DNA of 64,000 bases from positions 320,001 through 384,000 of the forward strand of contig CAXXMR010000012.1 in NCBI GenBank assembly GCA_963663805.2, given 5' to 3'. Positions 18,466 to 28,368 of the stretch are shown here, one piece after another (position 1 is the stretch's first letter; each line of letters starts with the position of its first letter). The notes under the pieces were generated by a model. It searched no databases, had not been told where the DNA came from, and worked only from the letters and a program-made list of their open reading frames with translations. The translations under genes and the position numbers were made by a program. Source of the DNA: Sedimentisphaerales bacterium. Its GTDB lineage: Bacteria > Planctomycetota > Phycisphaerae > Sedimentisphaerales > SM23-30.

Positions 18466-20067
18466 ATGAATCGAAGACTGTTAATCATCCTTGCGTTATT
18501 GATTATCTGCCCAGCTCTGATTGCCGACGTAAAAATAATCCCGTCCTTCCTGCCGATAATGGTTGAGCGTAACTGCAACATGGTAATGCAGTTAAAAATC
18601 ACCGGTCCCGGCCTCCTGCGCGAACTTACCGTCAAAACCGAAGGCACTACCAATCCCGAAGAAATTGAAAATATTTCAGTTTACAACCTCGGTACAACTC
18701 AGGCTAAGGCCATCACCAAAACCGACCCGGCTGCCCGGCTTGCCTCAAGCAGTACAATTGCCGAACAAGTTTGTTTTAAAATTAATCGTCAACTTGAACC
18801 GGGTGATAATTACATTGCGGTATCATACAAGATTTCACCCGCCACAAACCTGCTCCACCGATTCGGGGTTTCCTGTCCGTCAATAACCATCGACAGCCAA
18901 AAACACAAACTCAACTCCTGCTATAATAAACCCCTGCTGCCCGCTGTTAAAGTTCGCGACTTTGGCGACGACGGCAGCCTCGGCTACCGCATCCCCAGCC
19001 TCGTGACCACCAATAAGGGGACACTCATCGCCGCCTATGATATTCGCTGGGCCAGTCGCCGCGACTTGCAGGGCGACATGGACATTGGTATCAGTCGCAG
19101 TGAAGACGGCGGCCAAACCTGGGGGCCGATGCTGCGTGCTATCGACATGAAGCGTTGGGGCGGCCTGCCCGAAAAATTTAACGGGGTCAGCGACGCTGGC
19201 CTGTTAGTAGATACCGACACCAATACAATTTTCTGTGCCGGGCTATGGATGCACGGTCTGCGTGACAAAAACGGTAAATTTATCGAAGGTTTGACCGAAA
19301 AAAATGATGAATGGCAGCATCAATGGCGTGAGACCGGTTCCTGCGTCGGTATGGACCCGAAACTCACCTGTCAATACCTGATGACCTCCAGTACCGACGA
19401 CGGCAAAACCTGGTCCGAACCACAAAACCTGACCCAAAAGCTCAAAGACCCCGGCTGGATTCTATTTGCGCCATGTCCCGGACACGGCATTACGCTCGAC
19501 GACGGCACTTTGGTTATGACCGCACAGGGGCGGGACGGAAACTCCAAAAGTTTCACAACCATTATATACAGCAAAGACCACGGGCAAAACTGGCAGACCG
19601 CCCCGGCTCTACGTTACAGCATAGGCGAGACCGGTCTGGCCCAGCTTGCCGACGGTTCAATACTCTTTAATGGTAGAAGCCCCAAAGGTACCGGCTATCG
19701 CGGCGTTGCGGTTTCAGCTGACCTGGGCAAAACCTGGCAAGACCACCCCACCGACCTGAAAGCACTTGTCGAACCCGGCTGTATGGGCAGTTTAATAAAA
19801 TACGATTATCCCGTAGACGGCAAACCCCTGCTGCTGTTCTCCTGCCCCGACTCCCAGAAGAACCGCGAAAAAATGACTATCAGAGTTTCACTTGACGAGG
19901 GCATGACCTGGCCGATAAACAACCAGATAATGCTCGACCAGTTCGGCGGAGCGTATTCCTGTTTGAGCACCGTAGAGAAAAACGTAATCGGCATCCTCTA
20001 CGAAAGCAGCCAGGGCTACCTCATCTTCCAGAAAGTCGCACTGCCCGAACTTATCAGTACAAATTAG
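18466..20067 (+). CDS. Sialidase / exo-alpha-sialidase (GH33)
   Basis: Signal peptide; YRIP motif; Asp-boxes SEDGGQTW, STDDGKTW, SKDHGQNW, SADLGKTW, SLDEGMTW; AYS and LYE. Confidence 0.92.
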   Translation: MNRRLLIILALLIICPALIADVKIIPSFLPIMVERNCNMVMQLKITGPGLLRELTVKTEGTTNPEEIENISVYNLGTTQAKAITKTDPAARLASSSTIAEQVCFKINRQLEPGDNYIAVSYKISPATNLLHRFGVSCPSITIDSQKHKLNSCYNKPLLPAVKVRDFGDDGSLGYRIPSLVTTNKGTLIAAYDIRWASRRDLQGDMDIGISRSEDGGQTWGPMLRAIDMKRWGGLPEKFNGVSDAGLLVDTDTNTIFCAGLWMHGLRDKNGKFIEGLTEKNDEWQHQWRETGSCVGMDPKLTCQYLMTSSTDDGKTWSEPQNLTQKLKDPGWILFAPCPGHGITLDDGTLVMTAQGRDGNSKSFTTIIYSKDHGQNWQTAPALRYSIGETGLAQLADGSILFNGRSPKGTGYRGVAVSADLGKTWQDHPTDLKALVEPGCMGSLIKYDYPVDGKPLLLFSCPDSQKNREKMTIRVSLDEGMTWPINNQIMLDQFGGAYSCLSTVEKNVIGILYESSQGYLIFQKVALPELISTN

Positions 20068-20146
20068 TAAGCCGACTAAAACACAATAGTCCGTAACTGG
20101 AGTTTTGCAAAAGTCAAGTCGTTAAACGTAAGTGTTCACGGTATTT

Positions 20147-20186
20147 CAAAAGACCGTGGACACCTTAAAACATCCACGGTCTTTTG
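20147..20186. terminator. Bidirectional terminator (sialidase / catalase)
   Basis: CAAAAGACCGTGGA ... TCCACGGTCTTTTG. Confidence 0.8.
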
Positions 20187-20233
20187 TTATATCATCCAGC
20201 GGAAGCAAATTTCATCCGCCGTACTTTTGAGAG

Positions 20234-21663
20234 TTATCCCAGAGCTTTACGAACGCCCTGCCCATACTTTGGGTCGGCCTTATCGAAATGAGCCAACTGC
20301 CTTTCGATAATCTCCTTGGGCACTCCCTTCATCGCACCGGCCAAAGCCTTGCATAGCCGTCCCTGCTGCTCCGCCGTCATCAACCGATAAAGGTTTCCGG
20401 CTGCGTATAATCGTCGTTGCCCTCGCTTTGATTATAGCGGTCGGCATCACCGGAAATTGCCAAAGGCGGCTCTTTGAACTGGTCATCCTCAACCGGTCCG
20501 CCGAAACTGTTTGGCTCATAATTAACCGACCCGCCGCCGTTGCCATCCGAGCGTATCGAACCATCGCGATAATAATTGTTCACTTCGCATTTTGGTCTGT
20601 TCACGGGCAGATTCTCATAATGCGTACCCAACCGGTAGCGATGAGCATCGGCATAGGAGACGACCCGGAACTGCAGCATCTTATCGGGACTGTGGCTGAT
20701 ACCCGGTACCACATTACCCGGCGAAAACGCCGCCTGTTCGATTTCAGCGAAATAATTTTCCGGATTGCGATTCAACTCCATAACCCCAACCTCAATTAGC
20801 GGATACTCGCCATGCGGCCAAACCTTGGTCAGGTCGAAGGGATTATAAGAAGTTTTTTCCGCGTCCTTCTCGGGCATAATCTGCACAAAAAGTGTCCACT
20901 TCGGACAATCACCTTTTTCAATCGAAGCAAACAAATCACGTTGATGGCTTTCCCGGTCGGTAGCGATTATCTTCTCGGCTTCTTCATCTGTCAGGGTCTT
21001 GATTCCCTGCATGGTCTTGAAATGAAACTTCACCCAGAACCGTTCATTTTTGGCATTGATAAAACTATATGTATGACTGCCGTAACCGTTCATGTGACGA
21101 TAGCTCCGCGGAATCCCCCGGTCCGAAAACAAAATCGTCACCTGATGCAAGGTCTCCGGCGAAAGCGACCAGAAATCCCACATCGCCTTATTACATCTCA
21201 GATTCGTTTTCGGGTCACGCTTTTGCGTATGAATAAAATCTGGAAACTTATAAGCGTCCCTAATAAAAAACACCGGCGTATTATTGCCCACCAGATCCCA
21301 GTTTCCCTGGTTCGTATAAAACTTCATTGCGAACCCGCGCACATCACGTTCCGCGTCAGCTGCGCCCTTCTCGCCCGCCACCGTCGAAAATCGTACCAGA
21401 CAATCGGTCTTCTGTCCCACCTTCGCGAAAATATCCGCCTTGGTATATTTGGTAATATCATGCGTCACCGTAAAAGCACCATAAGCCCCCGACCCCTTGG
21501 CATGAACCACCCGCTCCGGAATTCGCTCCCGATTGAAATGAGCGTGCTTCTCAAATAACTGCCAGTCCTGTACCAGCATAGGTCCGCGCGGCCCTGCGGT
21601 CAAAGCGTTCTGATTATCTCCAATGGGAATTCCCGCCGAACTGGTCAACTGTTTCTTCTTCAT
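20234..21663 (-). pseudogene. katA: Heme catalase with 1-nt frameshift near 20397 (or assembly error)
   Basis: [30 protein letters not shown]-terminus GNLYRLMT...KADPKYGQGVRKALG continues in another frame to TAA at 20234. Confidence 0.9.
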
Positions 21664-21874
21664 GATATATTCCTTTCCGCGTAAATTTAACTGATACGAT
21701 TGCTTCGGTCAGAAGCCAGACTATCTCCTGATACACGCTTGACAATATGTCCGGTTCTATGAAAAGTCAAGTTAATCATGGAGTTTTTTTAGTAACTAGC
21801 TTTCACCACGATAGTTACATTCCGCGGGGCGGGGTCCCGCCCGCACTGATTAAGGACGAAACAGATAGAACGAA

Positions 21875-21924
21875 AAACTATAAAGGCCAGATGCTCGGGG
21901 TCGAATTATGTCACAATCGTCCCG
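21875..21924 (+). repeat. Degenerate partial second copy of the 8152-8229 palindrome
   Basis: 44/50 identity to the reverse complement of 8177-8226, loop included. Confidence 0.85.
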
Positions 21925-22083
21925 TTGTGGCCGCTACTGGGGTGTCACAACTTTTGTCTTTTCTGAGGCAGGATGTAAATTGGTTTGGGGGGCGAAGTTG
22001 GGGCTTTTATTATTCATTTGAGGGGGTATAATGGTGGGAAATGGATTTGTGGATAACTTTCGGTATGGAGGCTTTGGTTATTG

Positions 22084-23097
22084 ATGGCAGGGGTAAGTGA
22101 TGCTCGGCTGATACTGTTGCGGAAGCTGGCGATGGCACTTGCGGTGCTTTCGGCGGTGGTGGCGGTTGGTACGCTGGGATTCTGCCTGATCGGGGGGCGT
22201 TCGTTTGTGGTGGGGTTGTATCTGACGCTGATAACTGTTAGTACGCTGGGGATGCGGGGGTCGGCGAGTCCGCTAACGGGGGCGGAGCAGATATGGGTGA
22301 TGGTTCTGATTGTGGTGGGGATTGGTTCGGCAATGGTGGCGCTGACCCTGGTGGTTGGTGCGGTGGTAGAAGGACATATGCGGAGTATTTTAGGGAGACG
22401 CAAAGTGAATATGAAGATCGCGTCTTTGAATGACCATACGGTCGTTTGCGGGTACGGCAAGATGGGGCGGCTGGTGTGTTCTCATTTACGTTTGCGGCAG
22501 ACGCCGGTGGTGATTATTGACCAGAATCCAGATGCGACGCTGGCGGCGGAGCGGGATGGGTTTCTTTATGTGCTGGGCGATGCTACGGACGAGACGATTT
22601 TGCGGGATGCGGGAATCGCTCGGGCCAAGGCGCTGGTGACTTTGCTGGAGACTGATGCTTCGAATGTTTTTGTGACGCTGGTGGCGCGGGATTTGAATAG
22701 TAAAATATTTATCGCGGCCCGGGCGGAGATCCATGAGAGCGAGTCGCGGCTTATGCGGGCCGGGGCTGATAAGGCGATATGCCCGCAGGTGATTGGGGCG
22801 ACGCGGCTGGCGAATGTCCTGACGCGGCCTTCGGTGGTTGATTTTATCGATTTCGCGTCGGAAGGTTTGGATTTGGAGGCCGAGCAGTTCGCTATTGAAG
22901 AAGGCAGTAAGCTGGTGGGCCAGACGCTGCGGCAGGCGAATTTGCCGCGGGAGATTGGGGTGCTGGTTATTGCTTTGAAGCGGGCGAACGGAAAAACGAT
23001 GTTTAATCCGGACCCGGATGTGGTACTGGATGTCGGTGATACGATGGTGCTGACCGGCAAGCTGGGTTCGATGGCGGAGCTGAGTAAGAGGTATTGA
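22084..23097 (+). CDS. Potassium channel family protein with RCK (TrkA-N/TrkA-C) domains
   Basis: 2 TM plus pore helix (LITVSTLGM); HTVVCGYGKMG; GDAT; C-terminal RCK_C. Confidence 0.88.
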   Translation: MAGVSDARLILLRKLAMALAVLSAVVAVGTLGFCLIGGRSFVVGLYLTLITVSTLGMRGSASPLTGAEQIWVMVLIVVGIGSAMVALTLVVGAVVEGHMRSILGRRKVNMKIASLNDHTVVCGYGKMGRLVCSHLRLRQTPVVIIDQNPDATLAAERDGFLYVLGDATDETILRDAGIARAKALVTLLETDASNVFVTLVARDLNSKIFIAARAEIHESESRLMRAGADKAICPQVIGATRLANVLTRPSVVDFIDFASEGLDLEAEQFAIEEGSKLVGQTLRQANLPREIGVLVIALKRANGKTMFNPDPDVVLDVGDTMVLTGKLGSMAELSKRY

Positions 23098-23120
23098 CGG
23101 CAGGCATAAGGCATGAGAGA

Positions 23121-23220
23121 AGGCATGAGTCAAGAGGCAAGAGTGAACGGCGAGGTTTCGGCCTTTGGCCGAGGTTGGTTTATTTAACGGCACCGCTTAC
23201 TGACGTGCGCGGCTCTGACA
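23121..23220 (+). repeat. REP-like dispersed repeat, copy 2
   Basis: AACGGCACCGCTTACTGACGTGCGCGGCTCTGACA shared with 4321-4355 in inverted orientation. Confidence 0.85.
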
Positions 23221-23236
23221 GAGTAGTGGTTTTGGA

Positions 23237-24454
23237 ATGATTTATTTTTGGATAGTGGTGGGGATTTTTATGGTTGCGCAGTTTTTGACGCTGGTGGAGG
23301 CGGTGCGGCATTATCGTTTCTATCAGAGAAAGTTTCGGCGGCGGCCGGCGGGTTATGAACCGCGGACAGCTCTTATCGCACCTTGTAAGGGGATTGATAC
23401 GACGTTTGAACGGAATATTTCATCTTTTTTCGCTCAGCGGTATCGTGACTATGAGTTGTTCTTTGTGGTGGAGTCTGAAGATGATGCGGCTTATGGTAAG
23501 CTTCAGGAGATTATCGCTGAGCATGATGAGGTAAAGGCGCATCTGGTCGTGGCGGGTATGGGGACTACTTCTTCGCAGAAGCTGCATAATCTGTTGGCGG
23601 CAGGTGAGCGGGTGGACGATAGTTTTGAAGTGCTGGCTTTTGTGGATTCGGATGCGTGCCTGAGTGGGGATTATCTTTTGAATCTGGTTTATCCGCTGCG
23701 GCGTGATGAGGTGGGGGCGACAACGGGGTATCGGTGGTTTGTGCCGACGGATGAGCAGTTGTCCAGTAAGGTGCTTAGTGCGATGAACGCGTTTTTCGCA
23801 GGTCAGATGGGCCCGCACAACTGGAATACGACCTGGGGCGGGGCGATGGCGATTGAGCGGGAATTATTTGGGCGGGCGAAAGTTGCGGAGTTCTGGCGGG
23901 AGGCTTGTACGGATGATTACAGTTTGACGCGGGCCGTTTGGGAGCAGAAAAAGATTGTGGAGTTTGTGCCGGCCTGTTTTGCGGCTAGCTATGAGCAGAT
24001 GAGCTGGAATGAGCTTTTTCGGTTTGCCCGTCGTCAGTTTTTGATAACGCGAGTGTATATGCCGCATTTGTGGTGGCTGGCACTGCTGGGGCTGGGGCAT
24101 TATTTGGTGGGTTTCTGGGGAGCGTTTGTTTTGACGATAGTATGGGCGGTTATGGATTCTGCTTACGCGATTGTGGGGGCGGTGCTGGCGTTTAGTTTTC
24201 TGGCCAACGGGATGGTCAAGGCAATCTTGCGGCAGTGCTTTATTCATGAGGTGCTGGAGCGGGACGCGGCGAGGCTTTTGGGGCCGGCTCTGATAGATGT
24301 GATGGCACAGCCGGTGGTGGCGATTTTGAGTATTTTTTGTCTGCTGGCATCGGGGCTGAGCCGGAAGATGGAATGGCGGGGTAGAAAATATGTATTGCGG
24401 GGGATGCGGGATGTTGAGGTGGTTGCCGGAGAAGGCATGAGGCATGAGGCATGA
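23237..24454 (+). CDS. Membrane GT2 / ceramide-glucosyltransferase-like glycosyltransferase
   Basis: APCKG, SQKLHNL, FVDSD, TTGYRW, WGGAMA, TDD, RRQ; N- and C-terminal TM segments; MEWRG. Confidence 0.8.
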   Translation: MIYFWIVVGIFMVAQFLTLVEAVRHYRFYQRKFRRRPAGYEPRTALIAPCKGIDTTFERNISSFFAQRYRDYELFFVVESEDDAAYGKLQEIIAEHDEVKAHLVVAGMGTTSSQKLHNLLAAGERVDDSFEVLAFVDSDACLSGDYLLNLVYPLRRDEVGATTGYRWFVPTDEQLSSKVLSAMNAFFAGQMGPHNWNTTWGGAMAIERELFGRAKVAEFWREACTDDYSLTRAVWEQKKIVEFVPACFAASYEQMSWNELFRFARRQFLITRVYMPHLWWLALLGLGHYLVGFWGAFVLTIVWAVMDSAYAIVGAVLAFSFLANGMVKAILRQCFIHEVLERDAARLLGPALIDVMAQPVVAILSIFCLLASGLSRKMEWRGRKYVLRGMRDVEVVAGEGMRHEA

Positions 24455-24561
24455 GGTAAAAGTGGAACGGCTTGGTTTTTTGAGTTGGCAGGTTGTGCGG
24501 TTAATGGGGGACATTAACAGTCTGATTTTCGGTTTTGGGGGAAGGGACGGCGAAGGAGGGA

Positions 24562-27500
24562 TTAATTTGTGTCGAAGCCAAGGGAGAGATGCTGGTAGTC
24601 GATGAGGTTTACGACTCCGTCGCAGTTCAGGTCGGCGGCGAGCAGGGGCTGTTGAAAAAGCCAGCTTTCGGCGAGCATGAGTGTGTCCAGGATGTCGATG
24701 CTGCCGTCGTGGTTGAGGTCGGGGTTGGTTTGGGCGGCCAGGAGTGAAATGGAGGCCTGGGCAGTGTTGCCGTAGGCGCCGAGGTTGATAGCGTTGCCGC
24801 GGGGTGGTGGTTCGGCGTTGTAGGAATCGTCGGGGTCGCCGGCGTCGATGCACTGGCTGGTCTGAGAGTCGTATTGCCATTGTTGGGCGGTTGGATCCCA
24901 GCGACCGAGTGCGGACTGGAGATGATAGTCGCTGTTTTCGAGAGCAGCGAAGAGGGGGTCTGCGGAGATGTTATTGGGGACTGGCGAGTAGGGAGTAAGG
25001 GCTCCGCCGTAGTTGGCAGGAGTGTTGGCGTAGAGATTGTTGTGGTGGAATTCGTCCAGGCTGAAAGGTGAGGTTGTATAAAAATATATGCCGGCACCGT
25101 TTTGGTTGTCGGCGATGATGTTGTTGCGGATTATGGGGGCGGGTGATTCGGCGTCCAGGGCGATGAGGCAGGTGAACATGCTGAAGCTGGAGTAGTTGTT
25201 GGCGATGGTGTTGTTGATGAGCTGGGGTGAGCCGAGCCACCAGGACAAGGCTGAGCCGTAGGCAGCGGTGTTTTCGACGATGAGGTTGTTTGTGAGGGCA
25301 GCTTGGCTGTTTTCGAGGCGGACGGCGGCGGAGCCCTGGGGAACGTGGTTGTCGCAGATGGTGTTGTAGCGGATGAGGGAGGCGTCGTTGAGGCAGCAGA
25401 GAGCTGCACCCCAGTAGATGGCGTGGTTGCCGGTGATGATGTTGTGTTCGATGGTGGGTGAGGCGGCGTTGATGTAGATGGCGGAGCCGTAGTTGGCTCG
25501 ACCGTTGGTGATGGTAAAGCCGCGGAGGCAGGCGGCGTTGGTTTCGCCGGAATCGAAGGTGATGACGGGTCCGGTTTCGTTGCCGTCGATGATGGTGGAT
25601 GAGACGATGTCGGGGTCGTTTGGGTCGGTACTTTGGATAGTGATGACTTTGCCGTGGAAGTCGATGTTCTCGGTGTAGGTGCCGGGGGCGACGATGATGA
25701 TGGAGCCGTCGGGGGCGAGGTCGATGGCGGTTTGGAGGGAGTCGATGTCGTTGGGGATGTTGATCGTGGGCGGGGTGCGGTCGGGCCAGACGTTGCCCAG
25801 CAGAGGGCGGTAGAAGTCCCACATGTCCTCGTTGAAGCGGGACCATTGCCGCATATAGCCGCCGGTGTGGCCGAGTTCGCGTTCGGTCTGCATATAGCGG
25901 TCCATGTAGTCAAAGAGAGCATCATGGTTCCAGAGGTTCTGGGCGTTCATAATGCGGGCGGCCAGGAGATATCCGGCCCAGGCATTGGCGGTGCAGCATT
26001 GGCGATAGGGGGTCTCCCAAAGCTTATTGTCCTGGGAAGGTGAAGTTGCGTGAAGGATTCCCCATTCCGGCAGATCGGCGTCTTCATCTATATATTCCTG
26101 GGCGTCAAGATATTTTGAAGTAACACCGTGGCCGTAATAAACAAAATCCGAAATGAGGTATTCCATATTTTCATATACTGTCCCTTCCGGGTCCTCAGGA
26201 AGACCACGGTAAGGTTCAGTCAGTTCCAGGTGGGTATCATCAATTACTGATTCTCCAGCAATTTCATAAGCACGGCCCTGGGGATCCCAGATTTCCGCAT
26301 CTTCCTTCACGCCGAACATTTCCGTCATAGAACACTGTGTCCATTTAGTGTCGCTGCCGACTACCTGGGTGCTGCCTTTAGTAAGTGTGGCGGTGCCCAT
26401 CTGATATGAATCATGGTACCCATGTATTTCATAAGGCGGCGTATAGATGTCGTAGTCGCAGTTTCCGGCGGGCGGATCTGCGGCGGGGTGCTTACGAACA
26501 TAAAACGTCTGGTCATCTTCTCCGAAATGAATGTAATCATCAGGAATATTGCCGGGACCATGCCCTTCAGCGTAAAGATAGTCACCGGACTTCTGTCCGA
26601 TTGCCTTCATAGCCGGATCATGGAGAACAAGCCCGGCAAAAAGAATCGGCCACTTGCGACCGCTGGCATGGCCGCCATTGTTAGCCCAATAGCCACCTTT
26701 CTGCATAATACCGTGCATATCAAGGCCCAACTGGGCAAAACGAATCAGCAGTTTTTCTTTTTCGCTAGTGGAGAAATTAAGATGAAGCACCAAACTGGCG
26801 ATACCGATCTGGTCGGCCATATCTCGACCATAATCGGGCATATTCTCAGCAGGATGATAATCTCGGCCTGTCCAGCCGACAATGTGGTCCAGCCAGGGAC
26901 GCTCGAACCAACGTTCCACTACAATCAGCTCCGGAACACGAGGAACCGGCTTTAGAGAGGCCAGCAATGAATAATCAAGTAAAGTCTTATTAAAATGAAT
27001 GGTTTTATCCGTTCCGCAATAAGGCGGACGGAAGCTGCCCGCAGCAGCAGGCTCGGCAAGAACAGTTAAGATAGCGGCGGTTTGAAGCTGAGGTCGGTGG
27101 CCAGCTTCATGGATGCTGATTGATGAAACCAGACTGGAATTCGGAGAAACTGTTAGGGGGGCAGTTGTTGAGATATTTAAGGCAACATTAAGTGCGGCGT
27201 CGTAATTACCCATGGCACTATCATAGCCATGGCCGCTATTTAGTGGAGATGGGTTAATCATTGCGCCGTTTTTTGTACGGTTGTCGATTTCTTCTGAAGG
27301 TGGATTGATGGCGATGATGTTAACTGGGCCAACTACCCAAAAGTCTCCATTGGCGAAGCGGCCTATCTGATATTGCTGGTCGAAGGTCCAGGTTATGCCG
27401 AATTGGGTCACTCCGGCGGCTCTATAATTAAGATTTTCCGGCCATTCGGTTTCGAATATTTCTGGGCAGATTGAAAGGATTATTATCGTATCATCAGAAG

Positions 27501-27684
27501 CGGCGGTCTGGGCTGTCGGGGTAAGGGTTTGCCAGGGGGATTGCTCTGTGCCGCTGTTTGAGTCACTGCCGTTTACATAATCGACATACCAGGTCTGTCC
27601 GGCGGCAAGCAGGGCAGATGCTGGCAGACAAGAAATCAGGATTAGGGCTGTAACATTGTATATAGACATCATGTTTGTCTTCAT
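24562..27684 (-). CDS. Large secreted protein: unknown N-terminal domain, right-handed beta-helix, dockerin-like C-terminus
   Basis: Signal peptide; WYVD..GSDSNSGTEQSPWQT; IQ/LQTAID..IIVAPGTYTENI; N-rich PbH1-like repeats; SQCIDAGDP..INLGAYG; DLNHDGSIDILD. Confidence 0.75.
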   Translation of the reverse strand: MKTNMMSIYNVTALILISCLPASALLAAGQTWYVDYVNGSDSNSGTEQSPWQTLTPTAQTAASDDTIIILSICPEIFETEWPENLNYRAAGVTQFGITWTFDQQYQIGRFANGDFWVVGPVNIIAINPPSEEIDNRTKNGAMINPSPLNSGHGYDSAMGNYDAALNVALNISTTAPLTVSPNSSLVSSISIHEAGHRPQLQTAAILTVLAEPAAAGSFRPPYCGTDKTIHFNKTLLDYSLLASLKPVPRVPELIVVERWFERPWLDHIVGWTGRDYHPAENMPDYGRDMADQIGIASLVLHLNFSTSEKEKLLIRFAQLGLDMHGIMQKGGYWANNGGHASGRKWPILFAGLVLHDPAMKAIGQKSGDYLYAEGHGPGNIPDDYIHFGEDDQTFYVRKHPAADPPAGNCDYDIYTPPYEIHGYHDSYQMGTATLTKGSTQVVGSDTKWTQCSMTEMFGVKEDAEIWDPQGRAYEIAGESVIDDTHLELTEPYRGLPEDPEGTVYENMEYLISDFVYYGHGVTSKYLDAQEYIDEDADLPEWGILHATSPSQDNKLWETPYRQCCTANAWAGYLLAARIMNAQNLWNHDALFDYMDRYMQTERELGHTGGYMRQWSRFNEDMWDFYRPLLGNVWPDRTPPTINIPNDIDSLQTAIDLAPDGSIIIVAPGTYTENIDFHGKVITIQSTDPNDPDIVSSTIIDGNETGPVITFDSGETNAACLRGFTITNGRANYGSAIYINAASPTIEHNIITGNHAIYWGAALCCLNDASLIRYNTICDNHVPQGSAAVRLENSQAALTNNLIVENTAAYGSALSWWLGSPQLINNTIANNYSSFSMFTCLIALDAESPAPIIRNNIIADNQNGAGIYFYTTSPFSLDEFHHNNLYANTPANYGGALTPYSPVPNNISADPLFAALENSDYHLQSALGRWDPTAQQWQYDSQTSQCIDAGDPDDSYNAEPPPRGNAINLGAYGNTAQASISLLAAQTNPDLNHDGSIDILDTLMLAESWLFQQPLLAADLNCDGVVNLIDYQHLSLGFDTN

Positions 27685-27770
27685 AATCTTCCTTGATTAA
27701 AACAGGCAGGTTGCATGGTCCAATAATTCCGAAGGCAAAGTTAAACTGGGGAGGATAGGAGGTCAAGGGT

Positions 27771-27806
27771 TTTAGCCGCGGATTTCACGGATTGACGCGG
27801 ATTTTT
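27771..27806 (+). repeat. Short tandem CGGATT-type repeat, copy 2
   Basis: TTTAGCCGCGGATTTCACGGATTGACGCGGATTTTT. Confidence 0.7.
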
Positions 27807-28074
27807 GGATTTTCTGGGCGTTCCACATATCTTTTGGGCTGCTGAATTCTTTATCCGTACGAACGGCTAGTCGGATGGATCGCTCGGGTTAGTAGAGGCT
27901 GGCAGATTAGCCAGGTTAGGTCCAATCTGACATTAGGCTATGTTTATCAGGTACTTAGCTAAATCCCAGAGTTGGTAATCGGCCTTGGAATAGGGTGTAG
28001 CTGGTCTGCCGAACATCAAAACAGGTCAGTCCTGAATGAAAGTTGATTTACTGAGGACCATTTTTGACCTGAGA

Positions 28075-28368
28075 TGGAACAAAGTCAATATGCAATGGAG
28101 CTTTGCAGACTCACATTAGAGCAAAGCCGGTCTGACATGGAGCAAAGTGTATTTACTTTGGAACAAAGTAAATTTGCATCGGGGCAAAGTGAACTTACTT
28201 TGGAACAAAGCAAGTTTACTTCAGAGCAAATCAAATTTACTTGGGAGCAAAGCAAACTTACTTAAGGGCAAAGTAAACTTACTTCGGAGCAAAGTAAACT
28301 TACTTAGGGGCAAAGCAAACTTACTTGGGGGCAAAGTCAATCTACTTAGGAGCAAGGCAGATTGGAGT
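28075..28368. repeat. Tandem array of 14 degenerate 21-bp units
   Basis: Consensus about nGGAGCAAAGTAAACTTACTT with unit starts every 21 nt from 28075 to 28348. Confidence 0.92.

Noticed and set aside
18020..20067. Integrative element at tRNA-Tyr/tRNA-Val carrying the sialidase
   Set aside because: No integrase and no duplicated tRNA 3' end seen in the window.
20393..20403. Programmed ribosomal frameshift in catalase
   Set aside because: No canonical slippery heptamer and no precedent known to me; an indel is simpler.
23864..25925. Long alternative-frame ORFs (23864-24880, 24971-25846, 25131-25925) and similar antisense ORFs at 1382-7247
   Set aside because: They are Pro/Arg/His/Thr-rich by-products of the strong base skew, overlapping well-supported genes.
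28075..28368. CRISPR array
   Set aside because: Units are contiguous with no unique spacers and no cas genes are present.
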